Source: Gemmatimonas sp.
GTDB lineage: Bacteria; Gemmatimonadota; Gemmatimonadetes; Gemmatimonadales; Gemmatimonadaceae
Reading direction: 5' to 3'
NCBI GenBank assembly: GCA_965279375.1
Contig: OZ257156.1
Location: 3,392,001 to 3,456,000, forward strand
DNA: 64,000 nt
Position 1 is the stretch's first letter; each line of letters starts with the position of its first letter. Of this stretch, positions 49,471-60,009 are shown piece after piece. Made by a program: the position numbers and the translations under genes. The notes under the pieces were generated by a model that saw only the letters and a program-made list of their open reading frames with translations, was not told the origin of the DNA and made no database searches.

Positions 49471-49585
49471 TTCCTATTGCCGGTGAATGCAGTCTGTGTG
49501 ACGGCAGTGCAATTTTGCGCGCGACTTCTCGGCCTCCACCCGAGACCTCCCCGTCGCTCGCGACCAGATCCCCAAGGAGCTATTC

Positions 49586-51052
49586 ATGCGTCTCCGACAC
49601 ATCGCAGTGCTCGCAGGAGCGGCATTTCTCGCCGCGTGCGCCGACGGTAACACGCCGACGAACACCGATGTCGAAGTGCGCGCGCTTGCGGCGCCGATCG
49701 TCTCTGCGACGATCGGTCAGGCCGTGCCGAACCGTTACATCGTCGTGCTCAAGCCTCTGGGCTTTCAGGCGTCCAACATGGCCGCGCAGCTCATTCCCGC
49801 GAATGCGGGGCGCGTGATCGAGACGTACAACGACGCGCTCAAGGGCTTCACCGCCGAGCTGACGCCGGCGGGATTGGCGGCGGTTCGGGCACGCGCTGAA
49901 GTCTCGTACGTCGAGCAGGATCAGGTGATGTCCATCGACGCCACGCAGTCGGGCGCGACGTGGGGCCTCGATCGCATCGATCAGGCCAACCTGCCGCTCA
50001 ATGGCACCTACGTCTACAACCAGACGGGCGCCGGTGTGAACGTCTACATCGTCGACACGGGCATCAAGCTCGCGCACAGCGAGTTCGGCACCCGTGCGCG
50101 CGCCGGTTTCTCGGCGATCAACGATGGTCGCGGTTCTGACGATTGCAACGGACACGGGACCCACGTGGCCGGCACGGTCGGCGGCAATGTCTACGGCGTC
50201 GCCAAGGGCGTCACGCTCTACGCGGTGCGCGTGCTTGACTGCAACGGCTCGGGTACCACGAGCGGTGTTATCTCGGGCATCAACTGGGTGATCGCTAATC
50301 GCGTCCGTCCTGCGGTTGCCAACATGAGCTTGGGCGGCGGCCTCTCCTCCGCGCTCAACACGGCGGTGGCCAACGCCACCACGGCGGGCGTCACCTTCGC
50401 GGTGGCCGCGGGCAACAGCAACGCGAACGCCTGCAACTCGTCGCCGTCGTCTGCGCCGAGCGCGATCACGGTGGGCGCCAGCGCGTCCAACGATGCCCGC
50501 GCCAGCTTCTCGAACTTCGGAAGCTGCCTCGACATCTTCGCGCCGGGCGTGTCCATCACGTCGGCGTGGTACACGTCCAACACGGCCACGGCGGTGTTGA
50601 GCGGTACGTCCATGGCTTCGCCGCATGTCGCGGGCGCTGCCGCGCTCTACCTGGCCACGAATCCGACGGCCACGGTCGCCACGGTCACGTCGGCGCTGAC
50701 GAGCAACGCGACGCTGAACAAGATCACGAACCCGGGCACCAGCAGCGTGAACCGCTTGCTCTACACTGGCTTCATCGGTGGTGTGGTCACGCCGCCGCCC
50801 CCGCCGCCGGCGGCGCCGGTCGCGGCCTACACCTACACCTGCACGGTCGCGCGCCTCTGCACGTTCGACGGCAGCACCAGCACGGGTTCGGGACTGACCT
50901 ATCGCTGGAGGAGCTCCAACGACGGTACGCAGACCGGCGTCATCGCCCGCTACAACTGGGACGTCTCCGGTCAGACGAAGACGATCACGCTGACGGTGAC
51001 CGACAATCAGGGTCGCACCAGCTCGATCGCGAAGCAGGTGCAAGTTTTCTAA
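49586..51052 (+). CDS. S8 subtilase (aqualysin/proteinase K-like) lipoprotein with I9 propeptide and C-terminal PKD-like domain
   Basis: Lipobox [23 protein letters not shown] and [12 protein letters not shown]; poly-Pro linker then a PKD-like domain. Confidence 0.95.
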   Translation: MRLRHIAVLAGAAFLAACADGNTPTNTDVEVRALAAPIVSATIGQAVPNRYIVVLKPLGFQASNMAAQLIPANAGRVIETYNDALKGFTAELTPAGLAAVRARAEVSYVEQDQVMSIDATQSGATWGLDRIDQANLPLNGTYVYNQTGAGVNVYIVDTGIKLAHSEFGTRARAGFSAINDGRGSDDCNGHGTHVAGTVGGNVYGVAKGVTLYAVRVLDCNGSGTTSGVISGINWVIANRVRPAVANMSLGGGLSSALNTAVANATTAGVTFAVAAGNSNANACNSSPSSAPSAITVGASASNDARASFSNFGSCLDIFAPGVSITSAWYTSNTATAVLSGTSMASPHVAGAAALYLATNPTATVATVTSALTSNATLNKITNPGTSSVNRLLYTGFIGGVVTPPPPPPAAPVAAYTYTCTVARLCTFDGSTSTGSGLTYRWRSSNDGTQTGVIARYNWDVSGQTKTITLTVTDNQGRTSSIAKQVQVF

Positions 51053-51096
51053 CCTGCCGTTGGGATTGCGACTGACGCTGTCGCTACTGCATGACA

Positions 51097-51128
51097 AAAC
51101 GGGGGCTCCGACATCGGAGCCCCCGTTT
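51097..51128. terminator. bidirectional intrinsic terminator
   Basis: AAACGGGGGCTCCGA-CA-TCGGAGCCCCCGTTT between convergent genes. Confidence 0.85.
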
Positions 51129-51151
51129 GATTTACTGACTCGCTCGAACCG

Positions 51152-51790
51152 TCAGGCGTGCGCGGCCCAGGAGGTCTCGCCCTTCGTGTACGGAAGGCAC
51201 GGGTCGTAGCGGCCCGGGGACTCAGCGTATCGCTGTGCCTGCGTGACCCCGATCTCCGACGTGAAGTAGCCCAGCAGCGAGAGCTCCTTCATCATGCGGA
51301 AGTAATGGGCCGGCTGGTCGCCCTTTCGGGTGTCCATGTACGACTTCTGCTCCTTGTCCAACGTCTCGAGCAGCGTGAGACGCTGCGCGGGCGTGGAGGC
51401 GACGAACGATGCCTTGTTCGCCGTCTGAGACGCCTCCTCCAGCGACTTCATTCCGGCGCGGAAGATCTCCTGATCTTTCGGCTCGTACGTGTCCGTGACC
51501 ATGACGGCCATGAACGCGCCCGTCTTGGCGGCCTTGGCCCCCGGCGTTTTGGTCTCGGGGAGAATCGTGTCCGCGACTTCGTCGAGGAACGCGATCTCTT
51601 CTGCCGTGAACGGCGTGAAGTTGCTCGCGCCCGACGCGTCTCCGGATGCGACGGCGCCGTTGTCCTTCGGCGTGCACCCAGTCCACAGCGCACTGCCGCC
51701 GACGAGGGCGACACCGCCCAGCAACGCGCTCACACGCTTGATCGCCTCACGGCGATGCATCAGAGACATCTCGTCTGTATTCGATGACAT
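51152..51790 (-). CDS. gluconate 2-dehydrogenase subunit 3 family (Tat-exported partner of a GMC flavoprotein)
   Basis: Twin-arginine HRREAIK signal; ADTILPETKTPGAK and MKELSLLGYFTSEIG. Confidence 0.9.
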   Translation of the reverse strand: MSSNTDEMSLMHRREAIKRVSALLGGVALVGGSALWTGCTPKDNGAVASGDASGASNFTPFTAEEIAFLDEVADTILPETKTPGAKAAKTGAFMAVMVTDTYEPKDQEIFRAGMKSLEEASQTANKASFVASTPAQRLTLLETLDKEQKSYMDTRKGDQPAHYFRMMKELSLLGYFTSEIGVTQAQRYAESPGRYDPCLPYTKGETSWAAHA

Positions 51791-51802
51791 GTCGGAGTCC
51801 GT

Positions 51803-53482
51803 TTAGAGATTGCGCTTGTTGAGTTCACTGACGGCGAAGTCCGCCGCGCGCGCGGTCAGCGCCATGTACGTGAGCGACGGGTTCACCGCTGCCGCCGACG
51901 TCATCCCGGAACCATCGGTGACGAAGACGTTGGGCGCGTCCCACACCTGATTGTGGGCGTTGAGCACCGACGTCTTCGGGTCGCGGCCCATGCGCGCCGT
52001 ACCCATCTCGTGAATGCCCTGACCCGGGAAGTAGCCGTAGTCGTAGGTGTTCACGTTCTTGACGCCCGCGGCGGTGAGCATCTCCGCCATGTCGTTCATC
52101 ATGTCCACACGCATCAGCCGCTCGTTCTCACCAGTGGCGCAATCGATCTTGAGGACCGGCATGCCCCACTTGTCCTTCTTGGTCTCGTCGAGCGTGACCT
52201 TGTTCGCGTGGTTGGGGAGCATCTCGCCGAACGCCATGCCGCCGATGGTCCAGCCGCCCGGCTCGGCCGCCTGATCCTTGAACGCACCGCCGATGCCAGC
52301 TTCCGCGATCGCGCGCGACCACCCCGAGCGACTCGCGCTTCCCTGATAGCCGAAGCCGCGAAGGTAGTCGCGCTTTTCTCCGCCGATGTTGCGATAGCGC
52401 GGGATGTAGAAGCCCGTCGGACGCCGGCCGAAGTAGTACTTGTCGTCCAACCCTTCAAGCTCGCCGTTCGCGCCGAGACGGAAGTGATGGTCCATCAGGT
52501 TGTGTCCAAGCTCGCCCGAGCTGCTGCCAAGTCCGCCCGGCCAGATATCCGTGGCGGAGCGCATCAGCAACCACGTGGAGTTGAGCGTGGACGCGCAGAG
52601 GAAGATGACCTTCGCGCTGTAGTCCTTCGTCTCGTTCGTGACCGCATCGAGCACCCGCACGCCGCTCGCGCGCTTCTTGTCCTTGTCGTACAGCACTTCG
52701 CTGACGATGGAGAAGGGCTTGAGCGTGAGCTTGCCCGTGGCCATGGCCGCCGGAAGCGTGGACGATTGCGTGCTGAAGTACGCGCCGTACGGGCATCCCA
52801 ACCAGCATGCGTCACGCGACTGGCAGGCACCGCGGCCCGGCAGCGCCTGGGTGATGTTCGCGGTGCGCGCGTGAATCAGATGGCGCTTGCCGTCGAAGAG
52901 CCCCTTGAGCTTGTTGCTGACGAGTTCCTCGCCGCAATTGAGCTTGTGCGGGGGCATGAACTGGCCGTCGGGGAGCACTTCGAGACCGTCACGATTGCCC
53001 GCGATGCCGGCGAACTTCTCCACCTTGTCGTACCACGGCGCGATCTCGTTGTAGCGGATCGGCCAGTCGACGGCGACGCCTTCCTTGAGGTTGGCCTCGA
53101 AGTCGATGTCGCTGTGTCGATAGCTCTGGCGCCCCCACATCAGCGAGCGGCCGCCCACGTGGTAGCCGCGATACCAGTCGAAGCGCTTGGCTTCGGTGTA
53201 TGGCGACTCCTCGTCCTTCACCCAGTAGTCGAGATTCTTCTCGTTGAGTGGGTAGTCGCGCTTGAGCACTGGGTAGTGCTTGATCATCTCCTGCGTGCGA
53301 CCGCCGCGATGGGGATATTCCCACGGGCCCTTAGTCGCGTTCAAGTAGTCCTTCACGTGCTCGATGTTGCGTCCACGCTCGAGCAGCAGCACACGGAGAC
53401 CCTTCTCCGTCAACTCCTTGGCTGCCCAACCGCCGGAGATACCCGAACCGACCACGATCGCGTCGTACGTCTGATCCTGCAC
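51803..53482 (-). CDS. GMC oxidoreductase flavoprotein (glucoside 3-dehydrogenase-like), copy 2
   Basis: DAIVVGSGISGGWAAKEL, GGRSLMWG, CQSRDACWLGC, GHNLMDH and HEMGTARMG; GTG start with GGAGG RBS. Confidence 0.93.
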   Translation of the reverse strand: MQDQTYDAIVVGSGISGGWAAKELTEKGLRVLLLERGRNIEHVKDYLNATKGPWEYPHRGGRTQEMIKHYPVLKRDYPLNEKNLDYWVKDEESPYTEAKRFDWYRGYHVGGRSLMWGRQSYRHSDIDFEANLKEGVAVDWPIRYNEIAPWYDKVEKFAGIAGNRDGLEVLPDGQFMPPHKLNCGEELVSNKLKGLFDGKRHLIHARTANITQALPGRGACQSRDACWLGCPYGAYFSTQSSTLPAAMATGKLTLKPFSIVSEVLYDKDKKRASGVRVLDAVTNETKDYSAKVIFLCASTLNSTWLLMRSATDIWPGGLGSSSGELGHNLMDHHFRLGANGELEGLDDKYYFGRRPTGFYIPRYRNIGGEKRDYLRGFGYQGSASRSGWSRAIAEAGIGGAFKDQAAEPGGWTIGGMAFGEMLPNHANKVTLDETKKDKWGMPVLKIDCATGENERLMRVDMMNDMAEMLTAAGVKNVNTYDYGYFPGQGIHEMGTARMGRDPKTSVLNAHNQVWDAPNVFVTDGSGMTSAAAVNPSLTYMALTARAADFAVSELNKRNL

Positions 53483-53638
53483 TGCGTCCTCCCGTGTCAC
53501 GGACTTCCGCGGGGTACTTGGTAGGGAAGCCGGCGATCGCTCACCGGCTGGTAGGAACACTCGTGGGAACTGCAACCTGCGCAATATGTCGTTCGGTACA
53601 CGTTCTGGCGAAAGCCGCTACGGCCGTGCAGTGGCCGC

Positions 53639-55318
53639 TCACAGATTCCGCTTGTTCAACTCGCTGACCGCAAAGTCTACTGCGCGCGCGGTGAGCGCCA
53701 TGTACGTCAACGATGGATTCTGGCACGCCGTGGAGACCATGCAAGCGCCGTCCGTCACAAAGACGTTGGGGGCATCCCAGACCTGATTGTGCTTGTTGAG
53801 CACCGACGTCTTCGGATCCTTCCCCATGCGCGCCGTACCCATCTCGTGAATTCCCTGCCCGGGGAAGTACCCCTGGTCGAAGGTCTTCACGTCGCGCACG
53901 CCGCACTCGCTCAGCATCTCGGCCATGTCGTTCATCATGTCCACGCGCATCAGCCGCTCATTCTCGCCGATGGCGCAGTCGATCTTGAGGACCGGCAGCC
54001 CCCACTTGTCCTTCTTCGTTTCGTCGAGCGTGATCTTGTTGTGGTGGTTGGGGAGCATTTCACCGAAGGCCGTGCCACCGATCATCCACTGGCCAGGCTC
54101 GGCGATCGTGTCCTTGAACCCCGCGCCAACGCCGAGTTCCGCCACGGCCCTGGACCATCCTTGTCTACCCGCTCCGCCCTCGTAGCCGAAGCCACGCAGA
54201 TACGGCCGCTTGTCGCCGTTGAGATTCCGATAGCGTGGGATATACGAGGGATTCGGACGCCTCCCAAAGAGTGTCTTGTCTTCCAGCCCGTCGAGCTTGC
54301 CTTCCGCGCCCAGACGGAAATGGTGGTCCATCAGGTTGTGTCCCAGCTCGCCTGAACTGCTACCGAGCCCGCCGGGCCAGATGTCCTTGGCTGAGTTCAG
54401 CAGCAACCACGTGGAGTTGAGCGTGGACGCGCAGACAAAAACGACCTTGGCGCTGTAGTCGATCGTGGCGTTGGTCAGCGCATCCACGACGCGCACGCCA
54501 GTCGCGCGCTGGCGATTCTTGTCGTACAGCACTTCACTCGCGATTGCGTACGGCCTGAGCGTCAGACGCCCGGTGGCCATCGCGGCGGGGAGCGTGGAGG
54601 ACTGCGTGCTGAAATACGCGCCGTACGGGCAACCCAGCCAACAGGCATCGCGGTACTGACACGCGCTACGTCCCGTCAGTTCACGCGTGAGATTCGCCGT
54701 GCGACTCGAGATGAGTCGGCGCGCACCACCGTACTTCTTCGATAGTCGCCCCGCGACCAATTCCTCGGCGCAGTTGAGTGGCATCGCCGGCTGAAATTCA
54801 CCGTCGGGTAGCTGCGGCAAACCCTCCAACGATCCCGCGATGCCGGCGAACTTCTCCACGTGGCTGTACCACGGCGCCATCTCGGCGTATCGAATCGGCC
54901 AGTCGATCGCGATGCCGTCCTTTGCGTTGGCCTCGAAGTCGATGTCGCTCAGACGAAAGCTGCAGCGCCCCCACATGAGCGAGCGGCCCCCGACGTGGTA
55001 TCCGCGATACCAGTCGAAGCGCTTCACTTCGGTGTAGGGCGAGTCCTCGTCGGACGCCCACCAGTCGAGGTTCTTTTCGTTCAGCGGGAAGTCGCGCTTG
55101 AGCACCGGATAGCGGCGCTCCATTTCCGTCGTGCGGCCGCCGCGATGCGGATACGCCCACGGTGGCTTCACCGCGTTCACGTAGTCCTTGATGTGCTCGA
55201 TGTTCTTGCCGCGCTCGAGCAGCAGGACACGCAAGCCCTTCTCGGACAGCTCTTTCGCTGCCCATCCGCCGGAGATGCCAGAGCCCACGACTATGGCATC
55301 GAACGCCGTCGATTGCAC
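53639..55318 (-). CDS. GMC oxidoreductase flavoprotein (glucoside 3-dehydrogenase-like), copy 1
   Basis: Same motif set as the adjacent paralog. Confidence 0.93.
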   Translation of the reverse strand: MQSTAFDAIVVGSGISGGWAAKELSEKGLRVLLLERGKNIEHIKDYVNAVKPPWAYPHRGGRTTEMERRYPVLKRDFPLNEKNLDWWASDEDSPYTEVKRFDWYRGYHVGGRSLMWGRCSFRLSDIDFEANAKDGIAIDWPIRYAEMAPWYSHVEKFAGIAGSLEGLPQLPDGEFQPAMPLNCAEELVAGRLSKKYGGARRLISSRTANLTRELTGRSACQYRDACWLGCPYGAYFSTQSSTLPAAMATGRLTLRPYAIASEVLYDKNRQRATGVRVVDALTNATIDYSAKVVFVCASTLNSTWLLLNSAKDIWPGGLGSSSGELGHNLMDHHFRLGAEGKLDGLEDKTLFGRRPNPSYIPRYRNLNGDKRPYLRGFGYEGGAGRQGWSRAVAELGVGAGFKDTIAEPGQWMIGGTAFGEMLPNHHNKITLDETKKDKWGLPVLKIDCAIGENERLMRVDMMNDMAEMLSECGVRDVKTFDQGYFPGQGIHEMGTARMGKDPKTSVLNKHNQVWDAPNVFVTDGACMVSTACQNPSLTYMALTARAVDFAVSELNKRNL

Positions 55319-55423
55319 CGCTTCCTCCCACGCCGAGTTCCGAAATTCCCGCGCCCAACGTGATGCGCGGACGCCGGAAGCGCCATAGCGTTGCCTCCAG
55401 AGCGATGGCGCGAACTGGGAGTC

Positions 55424-56599
55424 CTACACGCCCAGACCGCGACCGCCCGTCAGAAGCGCGTAGCCACGCGGAGTAACACGGCGCAGCAAGGCACCAACCG
55501 CCACACAGAACGCCGCGACGAGCAACGGCAGCAGCAGGAAGGTGAGCAGTCGGTAGTTGGGCACGGTCTGGACCCGCGGGAAAACCCAGGCCAGCGCGTA
55601 GTTGAGCAGCGGCACGTGCAACGCGTAGATCATGAACGAGAAGCCGCTCACCCACACGAACCACCGCTGCCGCATCGCCACACGCACCATCGGGTCGATG
55701 CCGTACCACATCACCAGCATCCCGCCACCCACCACGATCTTGTACAGCACGAGCAGGTACGGGGCCCACCCCCAGTTACCCTGAAACGCCATCCAGGTCT
55801 TGAGCGCGGCCAGCGCCACCCAGATCGCGGCTGCTGGCGCGAGCTGAAGCCAGCGCGGCTTGGTCGCGATGTCGAAGTCGGTCTTGCACAGCCAGATGCC
55901 CAGCGTGAAGAACAACAATCCCTCGCTCTCCACGAACCAGAGATTGATGTTCGAGAGCCAGAAGAGCACCGCAACCGCGAGCGTCACGCGCGGCCAGCGC
56001 AATGCGCGCACGAGCAACGGATACGCCAGGTTGTAAAAAAACAGGCAGCGCAAAAACCAGAGCTGGAAGGACGCCGGCATCATGATCAGCCGATCCCAGA
56101 GCTGCTGCAGCGAGTACTGCGCCACGGGCAGGTCCCCGAATGGCGAGAGCTGCGCCGAGCGAACGGCCTCGCGACCGACCACGGTGAGCTCGAGGGCGTA
56201 GGTCAGCGCGAGTCCAATCGCGCTCCACAACACGTAGGGCACCAGCAGTGTGCGTACGCGCTTTCGGATGCGACCGACAAACGGTTGCGCGTCGTGCATT
56301 GCGAACAGAAAGCCCGAAATGATGAACAGAATCGGGATGCGGAACCGGAACAGGCCATTCGCGAGCAGATACTGCGTGAAGGTGTTGAACGTCAGCGGCT
56401 CGTCCACCATCGACACGGGCTGCAGATACCGCTCGTTCAGGTTGTAGCCGTGCACGTAGCCGAGGAGCAGCATCGCGAGAAACGAGAAGAAGCGGAATTT
56501 CTCGCTGGTGAACGCGGACACCGCACGCGCGGGCGCAACGGGGCGGGCGGACTCGGCGCCAACGGTCACCGTCGACGGCATCTGGGTGGGGATCGTCAT
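55424..56599 (-). CDS. acyltransferase family 3 membrane protein
   Basis: MLLLGYVH, PILFIISGFLF, KRVRTLLVPYVLWS, QLWFLRCL and SFMIYALH. Confidence 0.88.
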   Translation of the reverse strand: MTIPTQMPSTVTVGAESARPVAPARAVSAFTSEKFRFFSFLAMLLLGYVHGYNLNERYLQPVSMVDEPLTFNTFTQYLLANGLFRFRIPILFIISGFLFAMHDAQPFVGRIRKRVRTLLVPYVLWSAIGLALTYALELTVVGREAVRSAQLSPFGDLPVAQYSLQQLWDRLIMMPASFQLWFLRCLFFYNLAYPLLVRALRWPRVTLAVAVLFWLSNINLWFVESEGLLFFTLGIWLCKTDFDIATKPRWLQLAPAAAIWVALAALKTWMAFQGNWGWAPYLLVLYKIVVGGGMLVMWYGIDPMVRVAMRQRWFVWVSGFSFMIYALHVPLLNYALAWVFPRVQTVPNYRLLTFLLLPLLVAAFCVAVGALLRRVTPRGYALLTGGRGLGV

Positions 56600-56817
56600 T
56601 GAGGCAGCGTACGCTCGGGTGGACTTGGCAGTTTCGAGCACCACGGCCTCGCGAGCCGCGAAGTCGCGATCCGAATCGGTGATCTGCGCGATACTATTGC
56701 GGCATGTCTCTCCGCCCCCTCGCCCGCCAACGTGAATCGATCCGAGCTCGGCGCCCGCACACCAACGCGTCGAGCGCCGTCGCGAGGCAAAGGCGGATAC
56801 GCACCTCGCGACGCGCG

Positions 56818-57201
56818 GTGACGTTCACGCTGCTCATGCTCGGCCTCGCCGGATGCGTCGGCAGCAGCGTGCGGAAGGCGTCGCCGTCGAGTGCTGGCCC
56901 CACCATCCTGACCGTGACGCCAACCCCGTTCCTGCTGCACGAAGGGAGTAACGCGGTCCTCACCATTCGCGGCGAAAGCTTCAGCGCCGACTCCAACAGC
57001 GTGCGCATCGGTGCGCAGCAATGGGATGGAATCCCGTCGCAGGATGCAGGCACGCGTATTCAATTCATCGTGCCTGATCGGGTGCCCAGTGGTGGGGGAG
57101 CGGCGCCCATGCTGTGGGCGAGTGGCGAGTATGCGGTCTCGGTGCGTACGCGACAAGGCGTCTCGCGCGCAGTATCGCTGACGATTCAAACTTCTCCATG
57201 A
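56818..57201 (+). CDS. IPT/TIG-like single-domain lipoprotein
   Basis: Lipobox LAGC; PTILTVTP..LTIRGESF..NSVRIG..IQFIVP..GEYAVSV pattern; start may be as far up as 56704. Confidence 0.7.
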   Translation: MTFTLLMLGLAGCVGSSVRKASPSSAGPTILTVTPTPFLLHEGSNAVLTIRGESFSADSNSVRIGAQQWDGIPSQDAGTRIQFIVPDRVPSGGGAAPMLWASGEYAVSVRTRQGVSRAVSLTIQTSP

Positions 57202-59456
57202 CTGCGACGTACCAGAGACTCCGATGGCTGGCGTTGGTCGCACTGGTTGCGCTCGCGCGGTGCGGCGGCTCGTCTGAGGCACCTGATGTGCCGCCGACGT
57301 TGGCCATCGTGCAGGGCGCGTCGGTCGCCATCAACTCGGGCGAGTCGGTGGCGCTCTCGGTGCGCGCAACCGATCAGAAGGGCCGTGTGGCCGCGGCCAC
57401 CGACGTGCGCTGGACGACCGCCGATTCGATGGTCGTCTCGGTGTCCGCGACCGGCACCATTCGCGGACGCGTTCTCGGACAGGCGTCGGTCACCGCGTCG
57501 TACGCCGGCGTGACGGCATCCACGGTCGTCACTGTGTCACCCGGCGCCCCTGCCACGCTCGTGGTGCGCACCGCCCCTGCCGGCGCCAGCGCGGGCACGG
57601 CGTTCACGACGCAGCCCGTGATCGAACTGCGCGACGGCGCTGGCAATCTCGCAACGACCGCCACGACGCCGGTCTCGGTCTCCATCGCGTTGGGCGGCGG
57701 ATCGCTGCTGGGCGCGACCACGGTGAATGCCAGCGCAGGGGTGGCCTCGTTCACGTCGCTCGCGCTCGACGGCGTCGTTGGGGAACGCGTCCTGCGCTTC
57801 AGCGCGTCCGGGCTTCCCGCCGTCGATGCGCGCCTCGCCGTGGTCGCCGGAGCACCGGTCGCACTCGGCCTGCGCACGCAACCAGACGGCGCGGTCGCCG
57901 GGAGCGTGTTCACCACACAACCAGTCATCGAAGTGCGCGATGCCTCCGGCAACGTGAGCAACGTCGCGCTCCCCGTCACCGCAACGATCAGCGGCGGCGG
58001 CGGCCTTCTCGCCGGCAACGTGACTGTCACGTCGGTCGCGGGCGTCGCCACCTTCACCAATCTCGCGATCTCCGGCGCGATCGGCACGCGCACTCTCAGC
58101 TTCAGCACGCCGGCGCTCGCGGCGAGCGTGGCTAGCACAGGCTTCGTGTTGCGCGCAGGCGCGCCGGTCGCGCTGGCGCTACGCACGGCGCCGACCGGCG
58201 GAGGACTCAACCAGCCCTTCGCCGAGCAGCCGGTCGTCGAGGCGCGCGACGGGTCGGGCAATGTTGCCACTTCGGCAACCGGCACGGTCGACATTTCCAT
58301 CGCCTCGGGCGGTGGATCCGTCACTGGCGCTGTGGCGCCGCTGGTGCAGGGAGTTGCCACCTTCAGCGGCTTCTCCGTGGTTGGTACGGCCGGCGCGCGG
58401 ACGCTCACCATCTCGGCACCCAATCTGCCCCCAATCGCCACCATCGTGCGTCCGTGCGATGCGCAGCGCGGTCCGGCGATCGCACTCGCGGCAACTTCGC
58501 GTACGCTCTCCGCACTCGTCGCCGGCCCCGTCGTGCTCGACCTGATCGCGCTGAACGAGACGGTCGGAAGCTGCATCCTGCCTGGTGGTCTGCAGGCGAG
58601 TGTGAACAACGCGGCCGGCGCCACGTGGTTGACCGTTTCGCTGAACACGAGCCGCACCGCGCTTGAGCTTCGCGCCGATCCGCGCGGGCTGGCCGTGGGC
58701 AGCTACACCGCGACTGCCATGATCACCACGTCCAACGCGGGGACGATCACGCTTCCGATCACGCTCAACGTCACTTCGTCGTTCCCGATCGTCTACGGCG
58801 CTGTCGATCAGAAGCTGCTGCAGCTCGATCCCGGTGGCAGCGTCAAGCCCATTACCATCGTCTCCGACAACCAGGGCGCGCCTGTCGCCCAGCCGGTGTC
58901 GTATCAGAGTCGCTCGCCCAGCAGCGTGACGGTTGCGTCCGATGGCACCATCACTGCACGGGCGGAGGGCGCCGCGTGGATCGTCGCGCGGGTCAGCGGC
59001 GCTTCGGGCCTCGCCGATTCGCTCTTCGTGAATGTCACGGGCGGAGCAGGGCCGGTGTTGCGCACGAACGCCACGCGAATCGCCTACGACCGCAACTCGA
59101 CCTTCTCGATCACGTTGCAACTCGACACGCGCGGCGTCACCGTCGGAGCGGCGCAGCTCATCTTCTCGTGGCCGTCCAATGCAGACGTCCCCGGCTTCCT
59201 GCAACTCACGGATGTCGTCAACGGCGGATCGGGCTCTACCTCTTTCTCCATCGACAACGCGACCGGAACGGCGCGAATCTCGATGGTCAGCGCGACGGGC
59301 TTCAACGGACTGATCACCGTCGCGCGCTTCGACTTCAAACCCATCACGACGGGCAGTTCGCTGTTCACCACCCGATTCGTGGATCTACTCGCCCCAGACC
59401 AACGCTCCCTGCTCGGCAATGCGTCGGCGCTCCTCTATCCGGTCGTCGTTCGATGA
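57198..59456 (+). CDS. Ig-like repeat surface protein (Big_2, three QPVIE repeats, BACON-like) with C-terminal cohesin-like domain
   Basis: Lipoprotein-like LARC-GG; VRWTTAD..VSATG (Big_2); three F.TQPVIE.RD..GN repeats; WLTVS..GLAVGSYTAT (BACON-like); C-terminal FSITLQLD..VGAAQLIFSW..ARISMVS..VARFDFK. Confidence 0.8.
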   Translation: MTATYQRLRWLALVALVALARCGGSSEAPDVPPTLAIVQGASVAINSGESVALSVRATDQKGRVAAATDVRWTTADSMVVSVSATGTIRGRVLGQASVTASYAGVTASTVVTVSPGAPATLVVRTAPAGASAGTAFTTQPVIELRDGAGNLATTATTPVSVSIALGGGSLLGATTVNASAGVASFTSLALDGVVGERVLRFSASGLPAVDARLAVVAGAPVALGLRTQPDGAVAGSVFTTQPVIEVRDASGNVSNVALPVTATISGGGGLLAGNVTVTSVAGVATFTNLAISGAIGTRTLSFSTPALAASVASTGFVLRAGAPVALALRTAPTGGGLNQPFAEQPVVEARDGSGNVATSATGTVDISIASGGGSVTGAVAPLVQGVATFSGFSVVGTAGARTLTISAPNLPPIATIVRPCDAQRGPAIALAATSRTLSALVAGPVVLDLIALNETVGSCILPGGLQASVNNAAGATWLTVSLNTSRTALELRADPRGLAVGSYTATAMITTSNAGTITLPITLNVTSSFPIVYGAVDQKLLQLDPGGSVKPITIVSDNQGAPVAQPVSYQSRSPSSVTVASDGTITARAEGAAWIVARVSGASGLADSLFVNVTGGAGPVLRTNATRIAYDRNSTFSITLQLDTRGVTVGAAQLIFSWPSNADVPGFLQLTDVVNGGSGSTSFSIDNATGTARISMVSATGFNGLITVARFDFKPITTGSSLFTTRFVDLLAPDQRSLLGNASALLYPVVVR

Positions 59457-59463
59457 GGGCACT

Positions 59464-60009
59464 ATGACCGCGCCCCACGGTGTGCTCACCCCGCGCATGT
59501 TGGTGACAGCGCTGCTCACGGCCACAGTGCTGCTCGCCGCCGCCTGTCGAGAGAAGGGCAGTGCGGATGTGAGCGCGCCGCTGCCTGCGCTGCGCGTGGC
59601 GAGTCTCACGCTCGAAATCGATCGCGATCGCACCAACGACGGGGCGGGCGACAGTCTCTGGACGGCCACGCTGCGCCTCAGCGATGCCCCAGCCGCCTTG
59701 CGCCTTGGCAGCATCACAGCATCGGTGGACTTCGACACCACACGCGTACGCTTCCTGGGTGATGTAACTCCCGGCGATCAGGCGCTGCGCGCGGTACATG
59801 TGGAACGAGGGCGATTGCATCTCGCGAGCGCTTCGGCCACCGGGTTGTCGCCGGACGGCATGTTTCAGCTGCGCTTCGTGTCGCGCGACACGGCCGCTCT
59901 GCAGGCGATGCGACTCGACCTGAGTGAAGCGCACGCCATCGACGCCACCGACGTGCGTCGCGCGCTCTCGATTGCGCCCGTGCGGCGCGTTACGCCGAGC
60001 GTGCCGTGA
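59464..60009 (+). CDS. lipoprotein with cohesin-like domain
   Basis: Lipobox AAAC; LGSITASVDFDTTRVRF..GRLHLASASATGL..MFQLRF. Confidence 0.7.
   Translation: MTAPHGVLTPRMLVTALLTATVLLAAACREKGSADVSAPLPALRVASLTLEIDRDRTNDGAGDSLWTATLRLSDAPAALRLGSITASVDFDTTRVRFLGDVTPGDQALRAVHVERGRLHLASASATGLSPDGMFQLRFVSRDTAALQAMRLDLSEAHAIDATDVRRALSIAPVRRVTPSVP

Noticed and set aside
51803..55318. Tandem GMC genes as an assembly artefact
   Set aside because: The copies differ at many synonymous and non-synonymous positions throughout, so they are true paralogs
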